64,000 bases of DNA, taken from NCBI GenBank assembly GCA_964270895.1, contig OZ185441.1; one strand, given 5' to 3'. The notes below the pieces were generated by a model, which made no database searches, was not told the DNA's origin, and saw only the letters and a list, made by a program, of their open reading frames with translations. The position numbers and the translations under genes are program-made. Origin of the DNA: Podarcis filfolensis. Lineage: Eukaryota. Shown one piece after another: positions 25,511 through 37,556 of this stretch. Within the stretch, counting starts at the first letter, position 1; each line of letters begins with the position of its first letter.

Positions 25511-27099
25511 GTAAAAAGAATAAGACACTGTAATAGAATGTATAGTTCATGCCTTACAAAATTGAGAGGTAGAATACTGTGAACTCCATGGTAATGCAGA
25601 AACAGACAAATATACATAAAGGACATGCTGAAGGAGGCCAATGGTACTCATATTAACCTATACTTTTATACATAATTTTTGTTTTCAAACTACTTTGATC
25701 CAAAGTCCATTTACAGACACACATATTAAATTTGTCTCAGGAAGCAGTGGGAGTTTTACAGACTATATCCTGAAGCGTTCCCCAGAGTATTTCATGACTT
25801 GGGGAGTGAGGGAGATAAAGTACATTTTCTAAATCAACGATTGTGTGTGAGTGTGTACACATGTGCATATTTCCCTTTAAATCCTACCAGTCGCCAAGTG
25901 CTACTTACTGTAAATGCCTTTTTTGTGTTACTGCAAGGATTCTGTGTTTCAATGTGATGCACTTAGCATGTCCATGTTAATTTTTAATTTTGGGAACCAG
26001 GCACTTCACACCAGCTGACTTCTAAAGCGAGGCCTAGCTTGTGCAATTGAAGAGAGAGAAAAAGATGCTAGAAATCAGCTGCATGGGCTATGAAGTCTAT
26101 TTACACATGCAGATTTGAATGGATCGTTAGTGCATCGAGGGGAGCTCCCCCCACCCCACAGCAGCTCTTACTTGCTGAGTTTCACCATTTCCATAAAGCA
26201 CATTAAAACAAGTGTGTGAACACTCTGAGATGAAAGTACCAAACACTCTTGAGATTTCCAGTGGAAAGTAGAGCTGCCTGACTTTTCTCCAAGCAGACAG
26301 GAATGCCCATGATTCAGCAGCCTGAGTAAATAAAAGAGGTCCTTATTTCCTAATTTTTCTGGCTGGCCACACTGCAGCACTCTCTGTGCCGCTGCCAACG
26401 GGAATGCAAAGCTGGAACTACACCCAGCAGCTGAAGGACTGTCTTTGTTAGCTAGCCAGGCCTTCCTGGCCATCTTCTGGCAACAAAACTACCATATCTT
26501 GCAAGAAAGATCTCCGTCTCGGGCTCGAGAGCACTCTAGTCTGCCTAATAGGACCAAACAACAGATTTTTGCCCTGTCTGTGTTGGAGGAGGACAGCTGG
26601 AAACTCAGTTAGTGGCAAAGTAACACCTGTTCAGTCATATTTATGGGGAAAGTGCTCTGCTAACAGAAAAGTGAAGTAATACCAGAAGGAGTTATTCCAC
26701 AGGGGTGGGATGAAGGAGGCATCAAAGCACAAAGCACCTCTGTGGTGCAAGCAGCCAGCCACTCATGTGCCAACCTCAATAGTTGTGAAGTCTTGAAAGT
26801 GATCTTATCCCCCAGTGCCGCTCACTGAATTAACAGAGCTGCTTCTGAACAACGTGGCCAGGCATCAGAAAGGGGCATGACTTACACACATTTGGGCTCA
26901 ACTGTTTTGCAAGCAGAAAAGTAGGAGCTCTGTTCTCCCTTTTCTATGTATTTGCCTTTATTTTGGCTGACATCACCAAAGCTCTTAACAGGCTTGTGAT
27001 CCAAATCAACAGGGGCTTGAGTGCTTTTGAAAACACCACTCTATAATCAGCTTAAAGCAAAACAATTTAAAAAATGGTAAAGAACATGGAAATGGCTCT

Positions 27100-27330
27100 A
27101 GGCCCCTGTTAAAATTAGTTGAATCTCGTAACAAAATCAGCTGCATGAACATTATGATGCAATTAGCTGGTCAATTGGGGCAAGACATCGCTTTTTTACA
27201 GGACGTTCTCAGCTAGATCCAATTACACATAGGTCCCGCTCACTATGCAAAAATTCGCTTATCCGAATGTAAATAATTAGGCCGAAACATCACTATATAC
27301 CCCACAGATTCAGATATCTGAACAGACAGA
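27100..27330. promoter_or_regulatory. Candidate intronic enhancer
   Basis: CpGs retained; E-box CAGCTG; several TAAT/CAATTA motifs; 14-bp palindrome ttcagatatctgaa. Confidence 0.35.
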
Positions 27331-27511
27331 GGTGGCCCACTTCATTACTTGTTCCTTCCTGCCTTTTCAGGCAGAAACCATGCAGGGAGGGAGAGAGGGG
27401 ACGAGATCAGACAAATCAGGGAGCAGGAGATATCAGAAATTCAGTTTTTCCTTTGTATCTTTTTTTCTGGATGGCTGCAGTCATTTCAGCAAGATACCAT
27501 GGTGTTGTGTC

Positions 27512-27514
<3 letters not shown>

Positions 27515-27541
<27 letters not shown>
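27515..27541. repeat. (TG)n microsatellite
   Basis: Direct reading. Confidence 0.95.
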
Positions 27542-27542
<1 letters not shown>

Positions 27543-27759
27543 TCTGGGGTAGGGGACTGGACAAATCCCAGATTAGAAATGCTTCCATAGGAAGCAATGG
27601 AAATCATGGACTCATTATGTGAACGCTCGCCTAACAAACAATTTGTAGGGAATGCATTGTAATGTAATGTAAGTGAGACCTGTATGCAACCATAAAGCAA
27701 GCTCTCTCTCCAAAGGAGGCATCAGTACTTTCCTAGAATAATTAAAATAGCCTTCCTGA

Positions 27760-28118
27760 CTCAAAGGAGCTCTTGGATGCGCCAGGATTAGACTATCAGG
27801 AATCCACCATCAACCTATCAGACTTAGTTCTGGCACCTCTCCTGAGAGTTCCGGCAGACCTTCTCTGTGTCGATAATTATCCTGGTGTTGAGGGCAGGCT
27901 GAATGTTTTCTGGGTGGAGAAATTTGGATGGATTGGGAGTTGACGCTTTGATGCTCTACCAAAAGAAGCTCTTTCAGGGAGGTGCGTGTTTCTGGTTGCT
28001 CCCTAAAAGCAGCTCAGCAACTTTGGTGTCCTCCTGAAAGCAGCTCAACAACTTAGGGTTGTCCGTCAAAAAAAGTTGGGATTTCCTGCACCTCTTTTTC
28101 TAGAAAAAATAAGCACTG
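27760..28118. mobile_element. Decayed interspersed repeat, probably a non-autonomous DNA element
   Basis: Ends in cctgcacctctttttctagaaaaaataagcactgg, a terminus I associate with squamate MITEs; internal duplication gcagctcagcaactt / gcagctcaacaactt. Confidence 0.45.
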
Positions 28119-28644
28119 GTTACACTGACATTCATATGGTTGTGCCTCAGGTTGCTTTTGGATGGATGGTCATGTAAGGGGCAGTTGTTCAAGCCTCAAG
28201 TTCATGCAATTGTCTCTCAGCACAATGATCCCTTCTCATCCCACCCCATTCTGCCAAACATAAAGGACACATTTGTTTTGTGAAGAAGGGAAACAGGCAA
28301 CCTTCCATCCTCACAGCTCCAGCTGGGCCTAGTTTCCTATCAGTGCTTTGGATATTGTAAAGTTGCCAAATATAAAAAAAATGGGACTTTCATTTTCATC
28401 ATTTAGGGATGTTCATTAATAAATCTAATGGATTTTTTAAAAGATGGAATATCCCATCATTTCCCACTGTTGTGATCCCAGAGCAGGTCGTAACAATCTA
28501 AAATTAATCTAAAATTAAATAAGACTACAACAGAACACAATAGAAAGCAGCAGCCAACAAGTTGTCAAAGCCTATCTCAACAAAATACAGAGATAGCAGA
28601 TTGACTCTGGACCAACAGTTATGTAAGGGATAGAAAGGAGATAA

Positions 28645-28990
28645 AAAGGTAAAGGTACCCCTGACCGTTAGGTCCAGTCGTGGACGAATCTGGGGTTGCG
28701 GTGCTCATCTCGCTCTATAAGCCGAGGGAGCAGACAGCTTCCAGGTCATGTGGCCAGCATGACTAAGCCGCTTCTGGAAAACCAGAGCAGCGCACGGAAA
28801 CGCTGTTTCCCTTCCGCCAGAGCGGTACCTATTTATCTAGTTGCACTTTGACATGCTTTCAAACTGCTAGGTTGGCAAGAGCTGTGACTGAACAATGGGA
28901 GCTCACTCCGTCGTGGGGATTCGAACAGCCGACCTTCCAATCGGCAAGCCCTAGGCTCAGTGGTTTATACCACAGCGCCACCCGCGTCCC
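28645..28990 (-). mobile_element. Full-length Sauria SINE
   Basis: Reverse complement starts gggacgcgggtggcgctgtggtataaaccactgagcc (A-box), contains B-box gttcgaatcc, and ends in an (ACCTTT)n tail. Confidence 0.93.
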
Positions 28991-31381
28991 TGTATACAAA
29001 GGAGGTACTGATATACAAAAAGATGCCAAACACCGCACACACAATGATGCTGCACTAGGGTGGAAATTCGCCTTTAGTCTAGTGTCTCATGCATATATTG
29101 TTATGGACACTGTAGGCTGTGAAATATACATAAGACTGATGAAATCAAAACACTACCCCAGGACAAAAGCATTTGCTTATTGCTACAGCTGGATGTGAGC
29201 ATCCTCTTGGAGACATAACAGAGCACCAAAGGAGGCATGTGATCTCCCACAACAAAATTGGTAGGCTGGTATCCACTTGCTTCCAGCAGCTTAAGCCTTA
29301 TCAGCCATAAGCCTCCGACATGGTTTCATGACCATAGCAACAGCAGTTGAGGGATTGCCATTCCTGTCAGAGACAGCTTCACCTGCCTCAAGTTGCTGAC
29401 CAGTAAGGGGGAAAGGCCTCTCCGCAATTCATCATGCTACTACGAAGTGGTCAGCCTGGCCAGTTACGTATATGTGCAACTACTGTGCATGGAGCCACTT
29501 GAAGAACCTAAGAATCCATATGTAAAGCAAAACAGTTACCTCTTGAGTCCCACTTTTGTGTCATAAGGCCACAGAAACACGTTGATTTCTCCTAAAATTA
29601 GGAGTCACCAAGCAGCCTACAGCTGCTGGATTAGTACATGATCAAAGAGAAAATATGGTACATCAGAGGGCTAGACACCTCCCAGTTGCAGGCCTTGCTG
29701 ATATATTTTTGCTACCTGGGCTAGTTACCTGTAACGACAGACCTGTCCTTGGGCCCATAACTGTCCTTGGGCCCATGGGGCTCAGGATGATGTATGTGGA
29801 AGTACAACCTAGTAAGGTTCCTTAACAGAGACAGGATTTACAACAATGGTTACTTTCGAAGAAAACACTGTACAGAAAAAGAATTGACAAAGCAATATAT
29901 TCCAGCAGAGGGACGAAAGCAGACACACCAGTATATCCCTAGACTTATTTACATATTTACATGTACACAAGCATAAAAGCAGGCATACTGTGCATGGAGC
30001 CGGACACACTTTTGGCATACATTCCAATGCAAATTTAAATGATATTAAATAGGAAATGAACAAATTTGATCCAGGTAGGTCAGCTGACCAGACAGATAGT
30101 AGGTAGCTCCTGTCAAACAGTTTTGTGTGTTTTTTTGCACCAGAGTTACTACATATCATATAGCTGGTAATAGTTTGTTTCAGATTTCGAGGAAGGATAT
30201 ACCTTTTATTATTACCAAAGTGCAACTAATTATCTAGAAAACTACCCTGAATATACGAGAAGGCATGTCAGGGAAATGTGATGGTCTGACCAAATTACAA
30301 AGACCTCAGGTAGTATTGAGATAAAATATTGTGCACTTGCTGGGCATAAGGCCATGCTAATAAATATAATACTTGGCTATGGTTTTCTCGGCACATCACA
30401 TAATTTAAACTTGCTTAACATCTGTGATATTCAGATAATACACAATATGAGTATCAATTGTACAGCACACATTTCAGTCTTTTCGCACAACTATCAATTC
30501 TTATAGTTTACTTAGCACCCATTGTGTCTCCACAATTTTATGTTGTCCCAGAAGGTATGTGATGTCCATGCAGGAAATATATTTATACTTTAAAAAAATA
30601 ATAATGTGGGCACCATAATAAGTTACCAAGCCTCAAGCCATTTTCAATAGAGATCATACATTATTACACAATTTCCTCCATTTGCTCTCAACAGAAATAT
30701 AAACAGTTTTGGAAAAGCTACAACTTTAATAATACAACCACCACATTTTTTTCACATCAGTGGCCCCACATTAAACTCACTCATTTGTCTCATAACTTAT
30801 TTAACTGCTTGAAAACTAATACTCTGTAATGGGCATTCAAAAGAGAAATGTGAACTTTAAAAATTATTTATAATTTACAGATGTTTTTAAAATGTATCAA
30901 TATTTCAAAACTACTCTGGGAGGACCAATTAAATGCATTAACAGTTGGGTTACTTGGGGAGAAAGTTAAAGGGGTTCTGCATTAACAATAGCATCTGGTG
31001 GCTTTTTCTGTTTTAGACACTGTGACAAGAAAGGAAAGAGATTCCAGACTCTGACAACATAAAACCTTCTAATTTCTGAAGTATTTCTTTCATGCTTAGG
31101 TCATAAGTTATTTTCCTAAGTAGCTTTTTCTAGCGGAAAGTTCTATTATCAAGTAAGATATTCTGCCTGTAAGATATTCTTCCTATAAAAGAGACAATAA
31201 ATGTTTTCTTCTTTATTATAAGTTCAAACAAAAGAACGATTTCAATGTCCATCTCTTCCACCTATGTTCTCTGTATATTCAGCATATTAAGATAAAAAGA
31301 TGATTAAAATGTATAGATTTCACAGTTACCATCCATTTTGATCGAGTATATCCTTCAAATTAACTTTCTTTCGATTTATAA

Positions 31382-31521
31382 TAGAACACTGAGACACTTA
31401 ATCTCAGAGTCCTGGGTTCAAGCCATTTTTGCCCATGTTGGGCAAAAAGATTCCATCATTGCAAGGGGTTGGACTAGATGACCCTCGTGGTCCCTTCCAA
31501 CTCTACAATTCTATGATTCTA
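31382..31521 (+). mobile_element. tRNA-Lys-derived SINE with CR1-type 3' tail
   Basis: gagacacttaatctcagagtcctgggttcaagcc head; ggggttggactagatgaccctcgtggtcccttccaactctacaattctatgattcta tail, which matches the CR1 tail at 22436. Confidence 0.85.
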
Positions 31522-32034
31522 GGTTCATGGGTTGATGAATTAGGTATGTACCTCGTTTGAGATATCTGAAGGAATGCCCACATGCTTTAAGAGCTTCTGG
31601 GGATACCATTCTTATACCATCCCCGAGTAAGGAAGATTGTTCCATTACCCAGGATAATATTTTGGTAGTGGCACCCAGCTTTGGAATGCCAAATACTAGT
31701 GGTGCTGACTCTGTTTAATTTTAAGTGCCAGTTGAAAAACCTGTATCTTCATCCTGGTCTATGGTAAGAAAGGGTTATGAGGTGACATCAGCAGCACTCA
31801 AATAGTGCAGAAACAGTCTGGGGCATTATAAGCTGATTTTTTTTTAAAAAAATATGTTTTGTTTCTACTGTAACCTGCCTGGGATCATGCTACAATGAAG
31901 GCTGGTGTATAAATACAATCATGGATTGGATTTATTTGTTTAACTGTATTCCAGTTTTTAAACTTAATTTTTATTGATTTATGCATACTATGTTTTAAAG
32001 TGTTTTGTTTTTTGCTTTGAGTTGTTATGGGGCA

Positions 32035-32066
<32 letters not shown>

Positions 32067-32691
32067 TGAGATTTAAAAAATAAATAAATTATATCAGACT
32101 GGTTAACATACTGTTAACATACTGTTAACCAATGCAGATGATACTAAACAGAATTTAAATACTTCAAGGGCAGTCCCACTGCAATAATCTAACTGAGATA
32201 TGATCAAGGTGCATGTGACAGTGGCCAGTTCTGCTCTCTCCAGGAAATGATGCACATTTTCTATTGCAGTCTGCAGATTAAAGCCTTTTCATTCCACCCA
32301 TCAACATTCATCTCCTACCCCTATTTTGTTTTCATATCACTCAAACATGCAGCCTAATGAAAAGTGTTGGTTGAGCTTAAAAAGCCTGCTCACTTCTTTG
32401 GGACTTCGTAGCTAGCCTTAATAAAGGCATATCCTACTGTTACCTTTCGAGCTGTCAAACATTTGCCCACCGCTTCTTAGATTTATGACAAGCATACGAG
32501 AGCACTGCTGTTTCAGTGGTTAGGTATTTGCTGCATCACTATGGCTTAGTTTGCCATGGTCAAATGCAACAACAAACAATGCTTTGATCAAACTACAAAG
32601 TGATTAAGTAACTCCCTCGCTAGGAAAGTAAAGAAAGACAGATGAGAAGGGGGAAGATATAAACAGAGGTTTCGTTCTTGATCCTCTAAAC

Positions 32692-32829
32692 TAGGGATGA
32701 GGAGCCTGTGGCCTTCCAGATGTTGATGGAGTACAACTCCCATCATCTCAAACCGCTGGCTATGCTGGCTAGGGCTGATGGTAATTGCAGTCCAACAGCA
32801 TCTGAAGGGCCACGTGTTGCCCAACCCTG
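32692..32829. mobile_element. Palindromic hAT-type MITE ('actacaactcccatcatc...gctgatgggagttgtagtcc' family)
   Basis: Internal inverted arms; TSD ctctaaac / ctctaacc (7 of 8). Related copies lie near 39350-39480, 45310-45410 and 52500-52600. Confidence 0.8.
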
Positions 32830-33229
32830 CTCTAACCAGAGTTTTAGAGGATTTATCTGAATGCAACTAGAGTGGGGTGTTAAACTTGGGTTTCCACAGC
32901 CAACACTAGCACTTTAGGCATTACAACAGACTAGCCAGGAAAAGGAGGAAGTGGGTGCAGCAGCCAGCATCTGTTCCTCATTTGATCCTAAGATGTGACA
33001 TAATTCCTGAGAAAGGAGCTATTCAGAGTCCATGTGTTTTTACCTCTGAACAGTTTAATTAACCAAAGTAGATGCTGGACTAGACACCATTCTCAGGTCT
33101 GTGAGGGAAGCATCCATTCATCCCTGCTCCATGGAAAATAAGAAAACCCAAACTATCAGGACTGTTTCATCCTGTAACATTGTAGACTACAGATGAGAGG
33201 AAGAAATGGGTGACAGTCAATCTCTTCAA

Positions 33230-33620
33230 TGAGCCAAGTCATGTTAATTAATTACAATAGGCCTACTCTGAGTAAACATTAGTTGACTACCACCCAACAT
33301 CGTTTGTTCACAGGCGTAATGATGCAAATTAATTTTGATCTAGCAGAGGCTGATGGGAGTATTTCGGTGTTGCATCTTTAACCGCATTATCTGCTGCTTG
33401 CTTTTAATGTCAGTTGCATGCAAGTTTCCCGGTGAGGTTTGACTTAATTGCAACTGGGGAAAAGTGAATCCGCTTTGCAGCCAACATTTTCTTTCTCTTA
33501 CGTATGTATTCCATTTGGGAAAGCCTGCTGGAACTCACGATTAGCTGACTGAAATAGAGGCCTCTTCAAAAATGCAGATATCTTTTCTTTGTTTAAGGCT
33601 GTATCTAAAACAACCGGTAG
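33230..33620. promoter_or_regulatory. Candidate conserved intronic enhancer
   Basis: No recognisable repeat; CpGs retained; octamer ATGCAAAT (33322), GTAAACA (33272), TTAATTAATTA, ACAATAG and TGTCA motifs clustered. Confidence 0.5.
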
Positions 33621-34270
33621 CAGCTTCCTGTGATCAGAATGGAAGCACTATGTGAAATATAGTAAATTAAGCCTTTGGCTGTCATGATTTGGGTGGGGGG
33701 CAGGGGGAAGAGTGAGCAGCAGAATAGCTACTAGATTTGGAAAAAAATAAAAATATTTTTTTGCTTCATTTACATCCTGTCTAAAATCTGCTGAGAAGCT
33801 CAAGGTGTCTTATCTCTGACTACCAGGGGGTATTCAGCAGCCAAAGCAGTTAACATACTTTCTAACTCACTCACTCTCTCTCTTTTTTTAAGGCCACCTT
33901 ATCTTATCAGGCTGATCTCTTCAGCTGAGGAGAACCCAGTATTTATCAGAAGCTGAACACTATATTGGCAGTTCAGGATGCTACAGACAAATGAATGTAG
34001 AGTAGAGAGAATCAGTTAACCAGTTCCACTCTCAGTTTAGACTAATCTTTGGTTTGTTTTAACCTCAGGAAACATGTGTTTCTCCCCTATTTACATGGTC
34101 AAAAAGGCACACACAATCCCATCATCACTAGAGAATCCGGGTGCAGAGTGAAGAATATGGAAGCAGGCATCTTCTGTGCTGTGCACACCAGGCCTCCATA
34201 ACTCTCTCCCTTTGTAAGCTATGTGCTGGAGCAACTCGCCAAGTGGGGTGGACTCACAGCAGTAGCCTAC

Positions 34271-34291
34271 CAGCAGCAGCAGCAGCAGCAG
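34271..34291. repeat. (CAG)7 trinucleotide repeat, intronic
   Basis: Direct reading; produces spurious polyQ, polyL and polyA ORFs. Confidence 0.95.
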
Positions 34292-35072
34292 CATCATACT
34301 GCCCAATGGATCCTGACCTCAATGCTGCCTAGCCTCTCTTGGTACATGGTGGCAACACAGCCTGAAGGCACTGCTGCAGGAAGCCTCACTTGTCCATGTG
34401 AAAAGTTTATTTGGATACGGTATAATATATCAGGATGGAGAAGACTCCTTTCACGCACCTGCGCACTGGCATCAAAGCTATTTTCCCAATGTGGCACCAT
34501 GCTATCAAGTAAATGGTGAATATCTCACGCCCATGCGGGCAAAGCTAAATGTGCAGATCTTTCCTACCCATTTGGCCACTTGCCCCAACTCCTAGTGGGT
34601 GTTCTACCTAAATAGGAAAGATCCCCACGGTCGATCCTATAAATGCAGTCATACTATTTGGTGCAGCAGGGCTAACAAGCCATAAGCTTGTGAAGGGACT
34701 GAAGAAAGAAACTTTGCAGTCCAAGGAGTCAAAGAAAGAGAATTTGATGTTCTTCTTTTTTCGTCTGTTTGATATAAATTGGAAAACTATATATAATCTA
34801 AAACAACAACAACAACACTGGTTGAAATACTGCCTTAGTGGACTGCAAGTCACAGAAAGAGAGCAAGAAGCAGACCATGGCAGAGGTGGAGTGTGTTCAT
34901 CATGGAAGGATGCAAGGTGGCCGCTGATTAAGCTATTATACTGGTATAAGTGGACTCCAAGAGCAATAAAGCACTGCAATTCATATGTCCTTATACAGGC
35001 TTAAAATACAGCTCAAGCACAAACATGTGTGAAATAACCCAGAACCTTTATTACCACAAAGATATTATTATA

Positions 35073-35286
35073 CAGTGGTACCTCGGGTTACATACGCTTC
35101 AGGTTACATACACTTCAGGTTACAGACTCCGCTAACCCAGAAATATTACCTCGGGTTAAGAACTTTGCTTCAGGATGAGAACAGAAATCGTGCAGCGGCA
35201 GCAGGAGGCCCCATTAGCTAAAGTGGTGCTTCAGGTTAAGAACAGACCTCCTGAACGAATTAAGTACTTAACCCGAAGTACCACTG
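35073..35286 (-). mobile_element. Tigger-like MITE, copy 2, orientation B
   Basis: Same TIRs, TA flanks; internal deletion and an extra cttcaggttaca subrepeat relative to copy 1. Confidence 0.92.
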
Positions 35287-36230
35287 TAGTAAATTGAATG
35301 GCATTTCAGTCTTTCAATTAAGACTGAATATTAATGAGATAGTAATGTCTCTTAATACTGTATCAATTGCCATGTCACTGGCACTGGACAAAATTTGAAT
35401 TAACATATAAATTTTCAGAAATATGTCACTCATTTAAAAACAGAATTCCTATCGTAGATTTCCCACATACCTGGCTTTATATCCATGTCTTCCCTTCTGC
35501 ATCTCAACCACCTACCATGGGTAGTGATAACCTTAGGCTTGTCAATGCCTGGAATACCCTCTGTTAATTGTCTATTATCTTTGTGTGTCAGCACAGAGGA
35601 GAAGGGAAGGAATCATCTTCCAAGGAGCTCAGCCACTTCTCCTGAGAGCAGTGCCCTTGTCAGGGCCTTAGAGACATGAAAATATGTCACTTATTGCAAG
35701 TGTAGTTGAATCAAACTACTGCCCTTGAAAACAGCAGACTAGATACTATCAAGCTGAACAGCACTGGCAGATCCAGTTCCATTGTGGCTCAGACAATTCT
35801 TTTTTTAAAAAAGAGAAAAAGAGAGAACCAATTTAGGCTTATATAAATTAAAAATGTTGCTTTCAATTAAGTATACTGTAGCAAGCAATATTTGCCATTT
35901 TTATTACCGATGCCACAGTTCAACAAAATCCTCATATTAGAAGCTCATTTCCACTGTTGAAAGGAAAGAATCTTAAGAATCTCAGTTCCACTCAAGTCCA
36001 GTACAAGAGGTACCCTGGGCAAATCATTCTCTCAGACTGAATGTCCTCATTGCAAAGAAGCAGTATTAGTGAACTTCTTTGCAAGACTGTTGAGGGATGA
36101 TGGGGAATGAGTTGCTGACAGGTTTTTATCAGCCTTGAATCTTTAGGATATGCCCACAAGTGACTTCCTCACACTTCCTTTGCCGAACTTTATCAGAAAA
36201 CAGAATGTATGGGAAACAGACCATGTAATA

Positions 36231-36350
36231 CTGTGGTTGCCAACCTTTTTTGGGTCCGGGGACACATCTGGAATTTTGAGAAGGTGCTAAGGGCACCAGT
36301 CACAAAATGGCTGCCGTTGCGGGTGTTACTTAACACAAAATGATTCTGTA
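36231..36350. mobile_element. Decayed hAT-type MITE 5' part
   Basis: ctgtggttgccaaccttttttgggtccggggacacatctggaattttgagaagg...cacaaaatggctgcc. Confidence 0.4.
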
Positions 36351-37369
36351 AGTATGAAGTGTGTCCCTCATTCCTGATAGCTACTGTGTGGACAGGACCA
36401 AGCCACCGTGCACAGAAGCCATGAGATCTTTGACTCTTGGGTGAAACAACAGTGGAACTGGTCATTATATGCAGGTCTCTCCCTTCCAACACTGTTAAAA
36501 ACAGTTTTCCTTGGTGGGGCTGAAAGCAGCCTCAGGGGGCAATTTTGGGTGGGCATAAGGGGAAGGGGTTTTAAGAAACTGCTCATGTCACCTTCCAGTC
36601 TTCCTCTTCAAAGTAGAGCTTCAGTAGCTGCACTATTTTTTTAACAGGTCAGAAAAAAGCATTACAGAAATACTTCTGATTTGAAGGGAAATGGCTCATT
36701 CTCAATTACATTTTCTAAGTAACAATGCTCTTAGCAGTACAGCAGAATGTGAGGTGCTATGTAAAGCAGCAGCGGCACCAAAAAACATTTTTTTAGTAGG
36801 TTCACTTCAGCAGAAACCTTCACTAATATAACCTTACATTTTTAAATTACATTGCTTCCTCTCCTACTACTGATAATTAGCAAACATTAAAATGTCAAGT
36901 TTGTCTTGGGAAAAAGAAAGAATACTTAAGAGCTCTTCAATAAGTCCATCAGTTTGGTTAGCCACAAATAAAGATGCCATGTGGCTGCTTCAACACAGCT
37001 CTGCCCAGGTCTTTTACCAGCCGCCCATACATTTTGAAGCTTTTGCCCCCTTGAAAGCTTAAATTATACACATTTATATGAATTTAAGCATGCACATGAG
37101 CAGCGGTTCTTTTCTTCCCATTGAGATACGGCTCCCACCCTAAACTAGAATCTACAGTCATGCCTATTTCCTAGTTGTTCAAAATCATCTGCGTGTAATC
37201 TTCTGAAGTGTGTGTGACTTGTCTAGCCTTGAAAAATATGACTCAAAATGAGATCGGATACAGAAAAAGGGAAGTTAACACTGTGTTTTGAACAAGTAAA
37301 CAAGTGTACAAATTAATTCAGAGAGCAGTAATTTTGAAAATTTTCTCTGTTTAATGTGCACTGCAGTTA

Positions 37370-37556
37370 NNNNNNNNNNNNNNNNNNNNNNNNNNNNNNN
37401 NNNNNNNNNNNNNNNNNNNNNNNNNNNNNNNNNNNNNNNNNNNNNNNNNNNNNNNNNNNNNNNNNNNNNNNNNNNNNNNNNNNNNNNNNNNNNNNNNNNN
37501 NNNNNNNNNNNNNNNNNNNNNNNNNNNNNNNNNNNNNNNNNNNNNNNNNNNNNNNN
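37370..37556. other. Assembly gap (187 N)
   Basis: Run of N. Confidence 0.99.

Noticed and set aside
31382-31440. tRNA-Lys-like sequence as a tRNA gene
   Set aside because: It is degenerate and fused to a CR1 tail, so it is a SINE head; the same applies to 9211-9260
34091-34519. PolyQ, polyL and polyA ORFs, including a signal-peptide-like one
   Set aside because: They are artefacts of the intronic (CAG)7 repeat
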